DNA of 64,000 bases, taken from the NCBI GenBank assembly GCA_963823665.1, contig CAWGMQ010000010.1, positions 1,792,001-1,856,000 on the forward strand, given 5' to 3'. This document shows positions 1 to 11,675 of the stretch, piece by piece (positions within the stretch are counted from its first letter, which is position 1; each line of letters opens with the position of its first letter). The stretch comes from an uncultured Planctomycetota bacterium (lineage in GTDB: Bacteria > Planctomycetota > Planctomycetia > Isosphaerales > Isosphaeraceae). A model generated the notes under the pieces. It did not search any database. It was given only the letters and a program-made list of their open reading frames with translations, and had not been told where the DNA came from. Position numbers and translations under genes: made by a program.

Positions 1-3000
1 CAACTCCGCCGCCGAGGACGGCGGCCTTGCAGACTATGACGGCACGGCATACCTGACCGACACCATTGTCGCAGGCAACACCGGTTACTCGGGCGCCAGC
101 GATATCGGCGCTGACTCCAGCGGCTCGGGCAGCAACAACCTGTTCGGCACCGGCGGCTCGGGCGGTCTCACCAATGGGTCCGACGGCAACATCGTCTTGA
201 CCAGCCTCACCGACCTGGGCCTGGCCCCGCTGGGCAATTACGGCGGTCCGACCCAGACCATCGCCCTGCTCCCGGGCAGCCCCGCGATAGGGGCGGGCAG
301 CGCCGTCACTGGCGTCACCACCGACCAGCGCGGCCTTCCGCTCGACTCGCCAAACCCCGACATCGGCGCCTACCAATTCCAGCCAACAGCGTACTCGTTA
401 ATAGTGACGACCCAGCCGCCTGGAAGCGTCACTGCCGGAACTGGCTTCGGGCTGACAATCACGGCCGAGGACAGCTCGGGCAACGTGGATACCTCGTTCG
501 ACGGCACCGTCACCCTGGCCCTGGATAGCAGCCCCACCGGTTCCGTCCTGGGAGGGACGTTGACCGTGACGGCCCAATCCGGCGTAGCCTCATTCTCGGA
601 CCTCACGCTCAACAAGGTAGGCACCGACTGCACGCTCTTGGTGTTCAGCAACGGCGAGCCACAGGCGGACACGGATGCCTTCAACGTGACGGCGGCCGCG
701 GCGACGCAGCTTGTGGTGACCACGCAGCCGCCCAGCGCCGTCACGACCGGCATGGCGTTCGGGCTGACAGTCACGGCCGACGACAGCTCGGGCAACGTGG
801 ATCCCACTTTCAACGGCAGCGTGACCGTCGCCCTCCTCGACAACCCCGGCGGCGCCACGCTCGGCGGCTCGCTGAGCGTGGCGGCCCAGAGCGGCGTGGC
901 CACGTTCTCGGGACTGTCTCTCGACGACGCCGGCGCCGGCTATACCCTTCAGGTGTCGTCCCCCGGCCTGACCACGGCGACCACGGGCGCTTTCACGGTC
1001 TACGACCCAACGATCTACACGGTCGACCTCACCAGCGCCGACGGCACGGGTTCGGGAAACGCGGGCGATCTGGTCTACGTCGTCGGCCTGGCCAACGCGA
1101 ACATGAATCCTGGCGGCAGCGAGATCGAGTTCGATCCATCGGTCTTTTCCACGCCGCAGACGATCGAGCTGGGTGCAACACTGGGGCTGACCGAGACGGC
1201 CGGCCCGGAAGTGATCGACGCGCCCGGCGCCGGACTCGTGACGGTCAGCGGCGGCGGGACGGTCGGCGTGTTCGAGGTCGACAGCGGTGTCACTGCGACA
1301 ATCTCGGGCCTGACGATCAGCGACGGCTCCACGAACAGCGACGGCGGCGGACTGGAGAACTACGGCACGGCGACGCTTACCGACTGCACCCTGAGCGGCA
1401 ACTCCGGCGGCGGCGGGGGCGCTGTATTCAATGGCCAAACGTCGCCGAACTCCCACGGGAAAAGCTACGGCGCGGCCGACCTGACCATGATCGACTGCAC
1501 CTTGAGCGGCAACTCCGTCGCCGGAATCTACACCGGCGGTGGCGGCGTGTTCAATTCCGGCACGGCCACCCTGACCGACTGCACCTTGAGCGGCAACTCC
1601 GCATCCGGCGTCTACGGCGGCGGTGGGGTGTCCAATTCCGGCACGATCACCCTGACCGAGTGTACCTTGAGCGGCAACTCCGCCGGCGACGGCGGCGGCG
1701 GCGTGTTCAATTCCGGCACGGCCACCCTGACCGACTGCACCTTGAGCGGCAACTCCGGCGGCTCCCGCGGCGGCGGCGGCGTTTGGAATAACGGCATGGC
1801 CTACCTCACCGGCTGCACCTTGAGCGACAACTCCGGCGACTCCCGCGGCGGCGGCGGAGTTTTCAATATCGGCACGGCCAACCTGACCGACTGCACTTTG
1901 AGCGCCAACGTCACCTCCGGCTACGGCGGCGGATTTGCAAACTATGACGGCACGGCGGCTCTGACCGACTGCACCTTGAGCGGCAACTCTGCCTCCGTCG
2001 GCGGCGGCCTCTACAACAGCAGCGGCGTGTATCACCAAGCCACGGTCGCCCTGACCGACACTATTGTCGCCGGCAACACCAGTCCCTCTGCCGCCAGTGA
2101 CATCGGCGGTCCCGTCAGCGTCTCGGGCAGCGACAACCTGGTCGGGACCGGCGGCTCGGGCGGTCTCACCAATGGGTCCGACGGCAATATCGTCTTGACC
2201 AGTCTCACCGACCTGGGCCTGGCCCCGCTGGGCAATTACGGCGGCCCGACCCAGACCATCGCCCTGCTCCCGGGCAGCCCCGCGATAGGGGCGGGCAGCG
2301 CCGTCACTGGCGTCACCACCGACCAGCGCGGCCTTCCGCTCGACTCGCCCAACCCCGACATCGGCTCCTACCAATTCCAGCCAACAGCGTACTCGTTAAT
2401 AGTGACGACCCAGCCGCCCGGAAGCGTCACTGCCGGAACTGGCTTCGGGCTGACAATCACGGCCGAGGACAGCTCGGGCAACGTGGATACCTCGTTCGAC
2501 GGCACCGTCACCCTGGCCCTGGACAGCAGCCCCACCGGTTCCGTCCTGGGAGGGACGTTGACCGTGACGGCCCAATCCGGCGTAGCCTCATTCTCGGACC
2601 TCACGCTCAACAAGGTAGGCACCGACTGCACGCTCTTGGTGTTCAGCAACGGCGAGCCACAGGCGGCCACGGATGCCTTCAACGTGACGGCGGCCGCGGC
2701 GACGCAGCTTGTGGTGACCACGCAGCCGCCCAGCGCCGTCACGACCGGCATTGGGTTCGGGCTGGTCGTCACCGCCCTTGACGCGTTCGGCAACGTCGAC
2801 TCCACTTTCGGCGGCAGCGTGTCCGTCGCCCTCCTCGACAACCCCGGCGGCGCCGCGCTCGGCGGCTCGCTGAGCGTGGCGGCCCAGAGCGGCGTGGCCA
2901 CGTTCTCGGGACTGTCTCTCGACAACGCCGACACCGGCTACACCCTTCAGGTGTCATCCCCCGGCCTGAGCACGGCGACCACGGGCGTTTTCACGGTTTA

Positions 3001-6000
3001 CCCCCCGGCAACCATCTACACGGTCGACCTCACCAGCGCCGACGGCACGGGTTCGGGAAACGCGGGCGATCTGGTCTACGTCGTCGGCCTGGCCAATGCG
3101 AACATGAATCCTGGCGGCAGCGAGATCGAGTTCGATCCATCGGTCTTTTCCACGCCGCAGACGATCACGCTGGGTGCAACACTGGGGCTGACCGACACGG
3201 CCGGCCCGGAAGTGATCGACGCGCCCGGCGCCGGACTCGTGACGGTCAGCGGCGGTGGCGATTTCACCGTACTCTATGTCGCCAGTGGTGTCACTGCCTC
3301 GATTTCCGGCCTGACCATCACAGGCGGCTCGACCACGGGCGGCAATGGCGGCGGTCTGGCAAATTACGGCACGGCGACGCTCACCGACTGCACCATAAGC
3401 GGCAATACCGCCGCTGCCTCGTACACTTACGGTTACTACGGCGTTATAAGCAGCAGTGGCGGCAGCGGCGGCGGCGTGTTCAATTCGGGCACGGCCAACC
3501 TGACCCTGACCGACTGCACCATAAGCGGCAACCAAGCGTCCGTCGGCGGTGGCGTGTCCAATTCCGGCACGGCCAACCTGACCGCCTGCACCGTCAGCGG
3601 CAACTCCTCCCCCTTCGACGGCGGCGGTCTGGCCAGCTACGGCCCGGCCGGCCCGGCCAACCTGATCGACACCATCGTCGCCGGCAACACCGATTCCCTT
3701 GGCGCCAGCGACATCGGCGGTTCCGACGTCTCGGGCAGCGACAACTTGATCGGTACCGGCGGCTCGGGGGGGCTGGTCAATGGGCAGAGTGGCAACATCG
3801 TCTTGACCAGCCTCACCGATTTGGGCCTGGCCCCGCTGGGCAACTACGGCGGCCCGACCCAGACCATCGCCCTGCTCCCCGGCAGCCCCGCCTTGGGCGC
3901 GGGGTGATCGCCGACTACCCGGGCACCACCACTCCGATCACAACCGACCAGCGTGGCGAGCCCCTCGATTCGCCGAATCCCGACATCGGCGCCTTCCAGA
4001 GCCAGGGCTTCACGTTCACCTCCGCCGTCGGCAGCACGCCGCAATCCGCCGCGACCGGCACCGCGTTCGCCAATCCCCTGGCCGTCACGGTCACGGCCAA
4101 CAATCCTATCGAGCCCGTGGCCGGCGCCATCTTGACCTTCGCTGCACCCGCCATTGGTCCGTCGGCTGAGCTCTCCGCCACCACCGTCACGATCGGCTCC
4201 GATGGGGTCGCCTCGGTCACCGCCACGGCCAATGGCAAGGCCGGCTCCTACACCGTCACCGCATCGGCCGGCGGCCAAGGGACCTACTTCGCCCTCACCA
4301 ACACGACCGGATCATCCCTCACCCCGCTACCCTTCTCGGGCATCACCAACCAGAGCATCACCTACGGCACCTCCAGCGTGACCATCTCCGGCACGCTGGC
4401 CAACGGCTCGCAGGCCCCGGTCGGCGAGAGCGTGGCCGTGACGATGGACGGCGACGAGCAGCCGGCCACCATCGGCTCCGGAGGCGCTTTCTCCACCACG
4501 TTCAATGACGACGGTCTCGCCGTCGCCGGCTCGCCCTATACCGTCAATTATGCCTACACCAGCGACGGGAGCTTTGCGTCCGCCAGCACCACCAGCACAC
4601 TGACCGTCAACCCGGCAACGCTCACCATCACGGCGAAGTCCGAGACCAAGGTCTACGGCACCGACGACCCGGCGCTGGCCTATACCGCCAGCGGCTTCCA
4701 GTGGAGCGACACCGCCGCGTCGGTCCTGACCGGCGCACTGGCCCGCGCGCAGGCGGGCACCCTGGCCGGCGAGCAAGCCGGCAGCCACGCGATCAGCCAG
4801 GGGACGCTGGCCGCCGACGCCAACTACACGATCGCCTTCAGCGGCAATACGCTGACCATTACCCCGGCGCCCTTGACCGTCACCGCCCATGCCCAGTCCA
4901 AGGTCTACGGCACCGACGACCTCGCCCTGACCGAGACCGCAACTGGATTTGTCGACACCACGGTCGACGGGGTGACGCTGGACGACACGGCCGCGACGGT
5001 GCTGACGGGCCAGCTTTCGCGGACACCCGGCGAGACGGTATCCGGCGGCCCCTACGCGATCACCCAGGGGACGCTCGCGGCGAGCAACTACAAGATCACT
5101 TTCACCGGCAGCACGCTCACCATCGCCCCGGCTCCGCTCTCCGTCGCGGCCAATCCCCAGACCAAGGTCTATGGCACGGACGATCCCACTCTGACCGAGA
5201 GCGCAACCGGATTTGTCGACACCACCGTCGACGGCGTGACAATCGACGACACACCCGCGACAGCGCTGACGGGCCAGCTTGCGCGGACACCCGGCGAGAC
5301 GGTATCGGGGGGACCGTACGCGATCAGCCAGGGGACGCTCGCGGCCGACAGCAACTACAAAATCACCTTCATCGGCAGCACGCTTGCCATCACCCCGGCG
5401 CCGTTGACCGTTACCGCCAATCCCCAGACCAAGGTCTACGGCACGGCCGATCCCGAGTTGACCGAGACCGCAACCGGATTTGTCGACACGATGGTCGACG
5501 GAGTGACCAATGACGACACACCCGCGACGGCGCTGACGGGCCAGCTCGCGCGGACACCCGGGGAGACGGTATCCGGCGGCCCGTATCCGATTACCCAGGG
5601 GACGCTCGCGGCCGACAGCAACTACGCGGTCAGCTTCACCGGCAGCACGCTCGCCATCACCCCGGCGCCGTTGTCCGTCACCACCAATCCCGAGACCAAG
5701 GTCTACGGCACCGACGATCCCGCCCTGACCGAGAACGCAACCGGAATTGTCGATACCACGGTCGACGGGGTGACGATTGACGACACGGCCGCGACTGCCC
5801 TCACGGGCGAGCTTGCCCGGACACCCGGGGAAACGGTATCCGGCGGCCCGTATGCGATCACCCAGGGGACGCTCGCGGCCGACAGCAACTACACGATCAC
5901 CTTCACCGGCAGCACACTCAGCATCAGCCCGGCACCGCTCTCCGTCACGGCCAATCCACAGACGAAGGTCTACGGCACGGACGATCCCAGCCTGACCGTC

Positions 6001-7061
6001 GCTGCGATGGGCTTCGTGAACGCGCCGGTGGACGGGGTGACGCTGGACGACACGGCCGCGACGGTGCTCTCGGGCCAGCTTGCGCGGACACCGGGGGAGA
6101 CCGTATCCGGCGGCCCCTATGCGATCACCCAGGGGACGCTCGCGGCCAATAGCAACTACACGATCGCCTTCACCGCCGGCGCGCTGACGATCACCCCGGC
6201 GACGCTCACCGTCACGGCGAAGCCCGAGACGAAAGTCTTCGGCTCAGCCGACCCGGTGCTGGCCTACACCGCCACCGGCTTTCAGTTCGGAGACACCGCC
6301 GCGACGGTGCTGAGCGGACATCTCTCTCGCGCAGCCGGCCAGACGGTGGCCGGCGGTCCTTATACGATCACGCAGGGCACGCTCGCGGCCGACGGCAACT
6401 ACACGATCCAGTTCAACGCCAGCACGCTGACGATCACCCCGGCAACGCCGGTTGTGAACGAGACCGCCCCGGGCGGGACCTACACCGGCGCTCTGATCCG
6501 GGCCACGGCCACCGTGACAGCCTCGGGCAGCACGGCGGCCCCGAACCTGGAAGGCGTGACGCCGACCCTGACGTACTACGCCGGTTCGGGCACCTCGGGC
6601 ACGAATCTGGGCTCGACGGCGCCTTCGGCCGCCGGGACGTACACCGTCGTGGCCGGCTTCCCCGGTACGCCGATTTTGCCTCGGCCCAATCGAAGCCCAC
6701 CACCTTCACGATCGCGCCGGCCAGGGCGACCATCGTCCTGGAGCCGCACGCGGTCTTCAAGGGGAAGAAGGTGCTGAAGGGGGTCGAGCTCACGGCAACG
6801 ATCGAGCCGTCGGTCCCCGGCGGCGGCGTGCCGACCGGCACGGTGACCTTCGAGTTCCTTACGAAGCACGGGAAGAAGGTCAAGGCGACGACGCTCGGCA
6901 CCGCGGCCTTGAACGGCGGCGCGGCCACGCTGACGTTCAAGCCGAACAAGGTGCTGAACCAGCGGCTCTTGATCGTCTACAGCGGCGATCCTGACTTCCT
7001 GGCGAGCACGATCAGCCCGCCCAAATTGACCAAGTCCGAGGTCGCAAGTTCCAGGATTTGA
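1..7061 (+). CDS. Giant repetitive surface protein 1 (5'-partial): polymorphic-membrane-protein-like beta-helix repeats, choice-of-anchor-Q-like segments, Ig-like domains, 7 MBG-type repeats, basic C-terminal Ig-like domain; frameshifts at ~3900 and ~6668
   Basis: Frame is open from base 2. ORFs 197..3907, 3904..6777 and 6771..7061 join into one protein matching the paralogue at 13253 ([15 protein letters not shown]). Repeats [43 protein letters not shown] and [17 protein letters not shown]. Confidence 0.85.
135..3255 (+). repeat. Near-identical ~1.1 kb intragenic direct repeat (~135-1255 and ~2133-3255, offset ~2.0 kb)
   Basis: Long nucleotide-identical stretches, e.g. 'ctaccaattccagccaacagcgtactcgttaatagtgacg' at ~370 and ~2368. 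Confidence 0.9.
4610..6440 (+). repeat. Seven tandem ~250-270 bp MBG-type domain repeats
   Basis: Recurring [21 protein letters not shown]...[16 protein letters not shown]. Confidence 0.85.
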
Positions 7062-7065
7062 CATC

Positions 7066-10000
7066 ATGAATATGGGTGATCAGCGCAGGGTCAGCCCACC
7101 AGTCCCCGAGTACGCGGCCTCCCCGACCTCGCCGCCGACATCCGCGATCTGTTTCCGGCGCTGGTGCAGATCGAGAAACTGAAGCCACCCGCCGACGCCA
7201 CCGACGACTTCGAGCGGCCGGCGATACTCGCCCTCGCCAACCTGGAGCGCCTCGGCGACTACCGCATCCTGCGTGAGGTGGGCCGGGGCGGCATGGGCGT
7301 CGTTTACGAGGCGGAGCAAGAATCGCTCGGCCGGCACGTTGCTCTCAAGGTGCTGCCGGCCTCGGCGCTCCTGAACCCGACGTACCTGGCCCGCTTCCGC
7401 CGCGAGGCCCAGGCGGCCGGGCGGCTGCACCACACCAACATCGTGCCCGTCTTCGGCGTCGGCGAGTGCGGCGGCGTCCACTACTACGCCATGCAGTTCA
7501 TCCAGGGCGAGGGGCTCGACAAGGTGCTGGCCGACGTCCGCCGCCTCCGCCGGCCGTGGGGAGCCGGTGAGGCGCCGACCGCCGAGGGGAGCGTGGCGCA
7601 TAGCCTTCTGAACGGCCAGTTCAACCCGCCCATGGCCGCCGATCCCGGCAAGCCGAACGAACTCCCCGATTCGTCGTCGCTGACCTCGCGGCTGTCGCCG
7701 TGCGGTCCCGAGGCGGAATACTACCGAGGCGTGGCGCGGATCGGCGTCCAGGTCGCCGACGCGCTGGCCTACGCCCACCGCCAGGGCATCCTGCACCGCG
7801 ACGTCAAACCGTCGAACCTGCTGCTCGATCTGCAGGGGACGGTTTGGGTCACCGACTTTGGGCTGGCCAAGGCCGAGGGGACGGAGGAGCTGACGCACAC
7901 CGGCGACATCGTCGGCACGATCCGCTTCATGGCTCCCGAGCGGTTCGAGGGCGAGTCCCTGCCGCAGAGCGACGTCTATGGCCTGGGCCTGACGCTCTAC
8001 GAGTTGCTGACACTCCGGCCGGCGTTCGACGACACGAACAAGGGCCGGCTCATCGACAGGGTGCAGAACGAGCCGCCCCGGCCGCCGTGCAAGCTCGACC
8101 CGCGGATCCCGCGCGATCTGGAGACGCTCGTGCTGAAGTGCCTGGCGGCTGAGGCGCGGCGCGGCGCTACAGCGGCCGATCCGGGCAGCGCTTCAAAAGC
8201 CTGGAGGCCATTCAGGAGGCGGTCCAGTTGGCCCGGCGACTGCGGAAGCCGCTCGAGACCTTCGACGAGCTGCGCAACGAGGCCATTGCCGCGCTGTCCT
8301 TGCCCGACATTGATGACGGTGGTCCCCAATGGAAGACGGCGTGTCCCGCTTCCGACATGGCCTTCGACCCGACCGGGCAGGGCTACGTGCAAGTGGACGA
8401 GGGACACGCCTATTACTGTCGGCTGGTCGACGGGAAAGAACAGCGGCTCAAGGAGCTGCACGTTTCCGGGAGGGCCCTCTTTGGGGAGTGGCACAGCCCG
8501 GACATCCGTTTTCTGGCCCTGGGAAGCCCGCACATTCCCGGGAAAGGGCACGACTGGCTGAAGCTGTGGCGCTGCGATGGGCCCCAGGCGAAGTTGGTGC
8601 TGGAAGATCGCGGGATATCCGAGTCGGCCACGGCGTTCCGGCCGGACGGGCGGCAACTGGCCGTCGGCCACCGCGACGGCACGCTCACGGTCTATGACAC
8701 CGAAACGGGGGCGGTCGTGCGGCAGTGGCAGGTCGGAGTTCCCCCGTACACCGCCATGTTCCACCCCCGCCTTCCCCGCCTGGCCGTCGCTTGCGGGGCA
8801 GACGTACGCCTCTACGACGTCGAGAGCGGCGCCCTCCTTTCCCCCCGGTTCTCCAACCCCAACGGCGTGTCGGCTGTCGCCTGGAACCCGGATGGCAGAA
8901 GGCTGGCCATCGACTGCTTTGAGCAAAAACTCGTCCTGTGGGACAGCGAGACCGGGCAGCAACTGACCCCGCACTATGAGGGGCCCGGCCGCAGCGGCCT
9001 CAACCTACGATTCAACGCGACCGGCGATCGCCTCCTCACCGCCGACTGGGGCGGAATCCTCCGCGTCTGGGACGCAGGTACGGACAAGCAGCTATTCAAC
9101 ACGCCGAATACCAGCTTACAACCCGCCTTGGGGTGTTGGCCCAGCTTTTGTCGGGACGACCATTGTATCGTGGGGCGATTCACCGGAGACACCATCAAGT
9201 TACTGCGGTTCGCCCCAGGCCGAGAACAGCGGGTGTTGATCTCGGCCACCCCGGCGATCATCGAGGACGACTTCTACCACCTGCTGTACCCGCACAGTTG
9301 GCTGTTATCGGCGGACCTGGCGATCGAGGGCCGGTTTGGGTTTGATGCCACGGGTGCCCTCTTGAGTCGGAATGCGATCGGAGTCTTCCGCTGGCCTGTC
9401 CGCGTGGACGCCGGCTCGCCAGAGAGCTACCACCTGGGCCCGCCTCAGAGGGTCACCTCGCAGCACACCGTGCAGGCAACCATCGGCAACAGGCCGTTCG
9501 GTGCCTCCCGGGATGGGCGAGTGCTGGCATTTGCGAGCGGGACGCATGCAACAGTCGTTCACCTGGGCCCGCCGCTCCGAACACTGACCCTGGGGCCCCA
9601 GTCCGACGTGCGTCACGTGAGCGTCAGTCCCGATGGGCGCTGGGTCGTGACCGGCACTTGCTGGCACGACCCAAACGGTGAGAACGCCAAGGTCTGGGAG
9701 GCGTCCACGGGTAAGTTGATAACCGTGTTGCCGATCGGCGCGGACTTGAAACCCCTTTTCAGCGCGGACGGCATCTGGCTGCACTCCACGAAGCCCACTA
9801 TGGGCTCGCCGTACTGGTGCAAGGTCGGCACCTGGCAGCCCAAAGCCGTTCCCTGTCCGTCCGGCCTGCTCGCCCCAGACGGACGGCTGCTCGCCCGTCA
9901 GGCTGAGTATAGTGAAATCGTGCTGGTGAACTTCGAGACCGGCAAGGAGATGGCCCGCCTGAGCATCCCGGAGCAGACGCGCCTCGAGCCTCGGGACTTC

Positions 10001-11136
10001 AGCCCCGACGGTGCCTGGCTCTATGCCCGCGGCTGGGAGTCCCAGCAGCTCTATCGCTGGGACCTGAGGGTCATACGCAGTCAGCTCGCCGAGCTGGGTT
10101 TGGACCTGGATCTACCTCCGTACCCCGAGCAGACGGAGCGGCCCATGTCGTGGCCGCCGCCGGCCGTGATGGTGCATCATCCGGAGCTGGCCAGCGACGC
10201 GGCCAAACTGCGCCAGTGGGAGCTGACGCAGGCTGCCTTCGCCTGTTGGGTCAATCCCTTCGACGCCGATGCCCACGCCCGGCTCGGGGCCCTGGCGTAC
10301 GCGGACGGGCGCTTTGGGGATGCGTTCGCCCATCTGTCGATCGCACGAGCCGTCCGCCCCGACGACTTCGAGGTTCGCCGCCTGCGGGCCGTGGCCGCGC
10401 GCCGGTGCGGCCATTGGGCGGATGCCGTCGTCGATGCGACCTGGGTCCTGCACGAGCAACCCGGCCACCTGGACGGTCTGGGGGCCCGCGGCGAGTCCCT
10501 GGCAGCGCCTCGGGCGCCACGCCGAGGCGGTCGACGACCTCACCGCCTTGCTGAAGTTCTCCCCCGAGGACGCCTACCTGTACGAGCAGCGCGCCCGCTG
10601 TTACGACGCCCTGAACGACCGGAGCCACGCCGGCGCCGACCGCAAGAAGGTGGTGGAGGTCGCGCGAAACGACCCGCGGCAGCTCAATAACAGCGCCTGG
10701 CATCTCCTCACCGGCCCCGCGGCCGAGCGCGACCCGGTCCGCGCGCTGGAGCTAGTAACGAAGATCATCGAGCGGGCGCCCGACGCTCAGGCGTACCTCA
10801 ATACACCGGGCGTGGCCCAGTATCGCAACGGACTTTATGGAGAGTCCATCGCCACGCTCGAAAACAGCCTCAAAGCCGGAAAGGGACAGTCCGACGCCTT
10901 TGACCTGTTCTTCGTCGCCATGTGCCATGCCAAACTCGGGGATTCGCCGAAGGCCAGGGACTGCTTCGATCGAGCCCGGAAGTGGACCGAGTGCGCACAA
11001 AGACTTGCCGGCGCGGGATAAGGAAGAATTGAAGGCGTTCCGCGCGGAGGCCGAAGAGCTGCTGCGAAGTGCGCCAGGCACGAGCGGGAAAACGGGAGGT
11101 GGAAACGGGGAGGGAGAAAAGGTGGGGGGAAGGTGA
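7066..11136 (+). pseudogene. Hanks-type Ser/Thr kinase with WD40 and TPR C-terminus; eroded N-terminus, internal deletion at ~8148, frameshifts at ~8155, ~10497 and ~10990
   Basis: GRGGMGVVY, VALK, HRDVKPSN, DFG and APE in 7164..8150. WD40 motifs (AFRPDGRQLAVG, VSPDGRWVVTG) in 8228..10497. TPR-like helices follow. No transmembrane segment between kinase and WD40. Confidence 0.75.
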
Positions 11137-11177
11137 AGAAGAACTAACCATCGGAGCCTCGCTTCGATTTCCCAAGC

Positions 11178-11263
11178 AGCGGCCGGCGGGGTCCTTACCG
11201 CCAAGCAAGTCCCCGCCGGCCCGGCACCGCTCCGGCGATCGGTCTGCGCGCCGGGGCGACGGC
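11178..11263 (-). ncRNA. Candidate antisense small RNA, copy 1
   Basis: Minus-strand TACAAT (plus 11270-11275), internal hairpin, then GC-rich hairpin 11181-11221 capped by CUUGC-UUGGCG-GUAAG. Confidence 0.4.
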
Positions 11264-11295
11264 TTTTTCATTGTATCGCAGACCAGCTCGCGATC

Positions 11296-11370
11296 TGAAA
11301 AAAGGACCGGGCTTACGCCCGCATCAGGCCCCGGGCGGCGATCGACCGCATGTCCGGCAACCGGCTTTGA
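11296..11370 (+). pseudogene. 3' remnant of a TIGR02999-type ECF sigma gene
   Basis: Reads KDRAYARIRPRAAIDRMSGNRL*. Similar to the DRxWxYARAWL C-termini of the sigma genes in this window and nucleotide-similar to 30656-30730. Confidence 0.6.
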
Positions 11371-11386
11371 CCAACCGGAGAAAAAA

Positions 11387-11415
11387 TTACGGGTTCGGGC
11401 CCGGTTTCTCGCATT
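11387..11415 (+). promoter_or_regulatory. Bipartite motif TTACGG-N17-CGCATT (candidate ECF promoter)
   Basis: One of six copies with an exact 17-nt spacer. Preceded by an A-tract and follows a sigma remnant. Confidence 0.55.
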
Positions 11416-11544
11416 ATGTTCCGGGAGGGCCAGGCGGCCCCCGGCGGAGAAGCAGTAACCTGACACGATGTAACGCTGACCATTCGCCCGTTGATTCGGT
11501 GTGCGGGCGAATCCGTTGATCACCGAACTGACAACGTTCAGAGG

Positions 11545-11632
11545 AAAGCGGCCGGCGGGGTCCTTACCGCCAAGCAAGCCCCCGCCGGCCAGGCACCGCT
11601 CCGGCGATCGGTCTGCGCGCCGGGGCGATGGC
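11545..11632 (-). ncRNA. Candidate antisense small RNA, copy 2 (opposite the TIGR03118 5' leader)
   Basis: TACAAT (plus 11639-11644), hairpin 11597-11627, terminal hairpin 11550-11590 with UUGGCG loop followed by GCUUU. Confidence 0.5.
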
Positions 11633-11675
11633 TTCTTCATTGTACCGCAGACCAGGTCTCGAAAGGAGAAGCATC

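Noticed and set aside
135..3255. Duplicated segment as a diversity-generating retroelement TR/VR pair
   Set aside because: Both copies are coding within one gene and ~1.1 kb long, differences are not adenine-specific, and no reverse transcriptase is in the window.
11469..11492. TGTAAC-N14-CGT also seen at 33099-33121, as an ECF promoter
   Set aside because: Only two instances, the spacer is shorter than typical, and it is not conserved in the 28443 copy.
11545..11660. Leader as a known riboswitch (c-di-GMP, cobalamin, TPP, SAM) or tRNA
   Set aside because: I could not find the conserved core motifs or a cloverleaf. An Rfam search is still needed.
11178..11660. Leader copies as MITE or IS ends
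   Set aside because: No terminal inverted repeats or target-site duplications. Copies 2 and 3 share flanking homology, which indicates segmental duplication.
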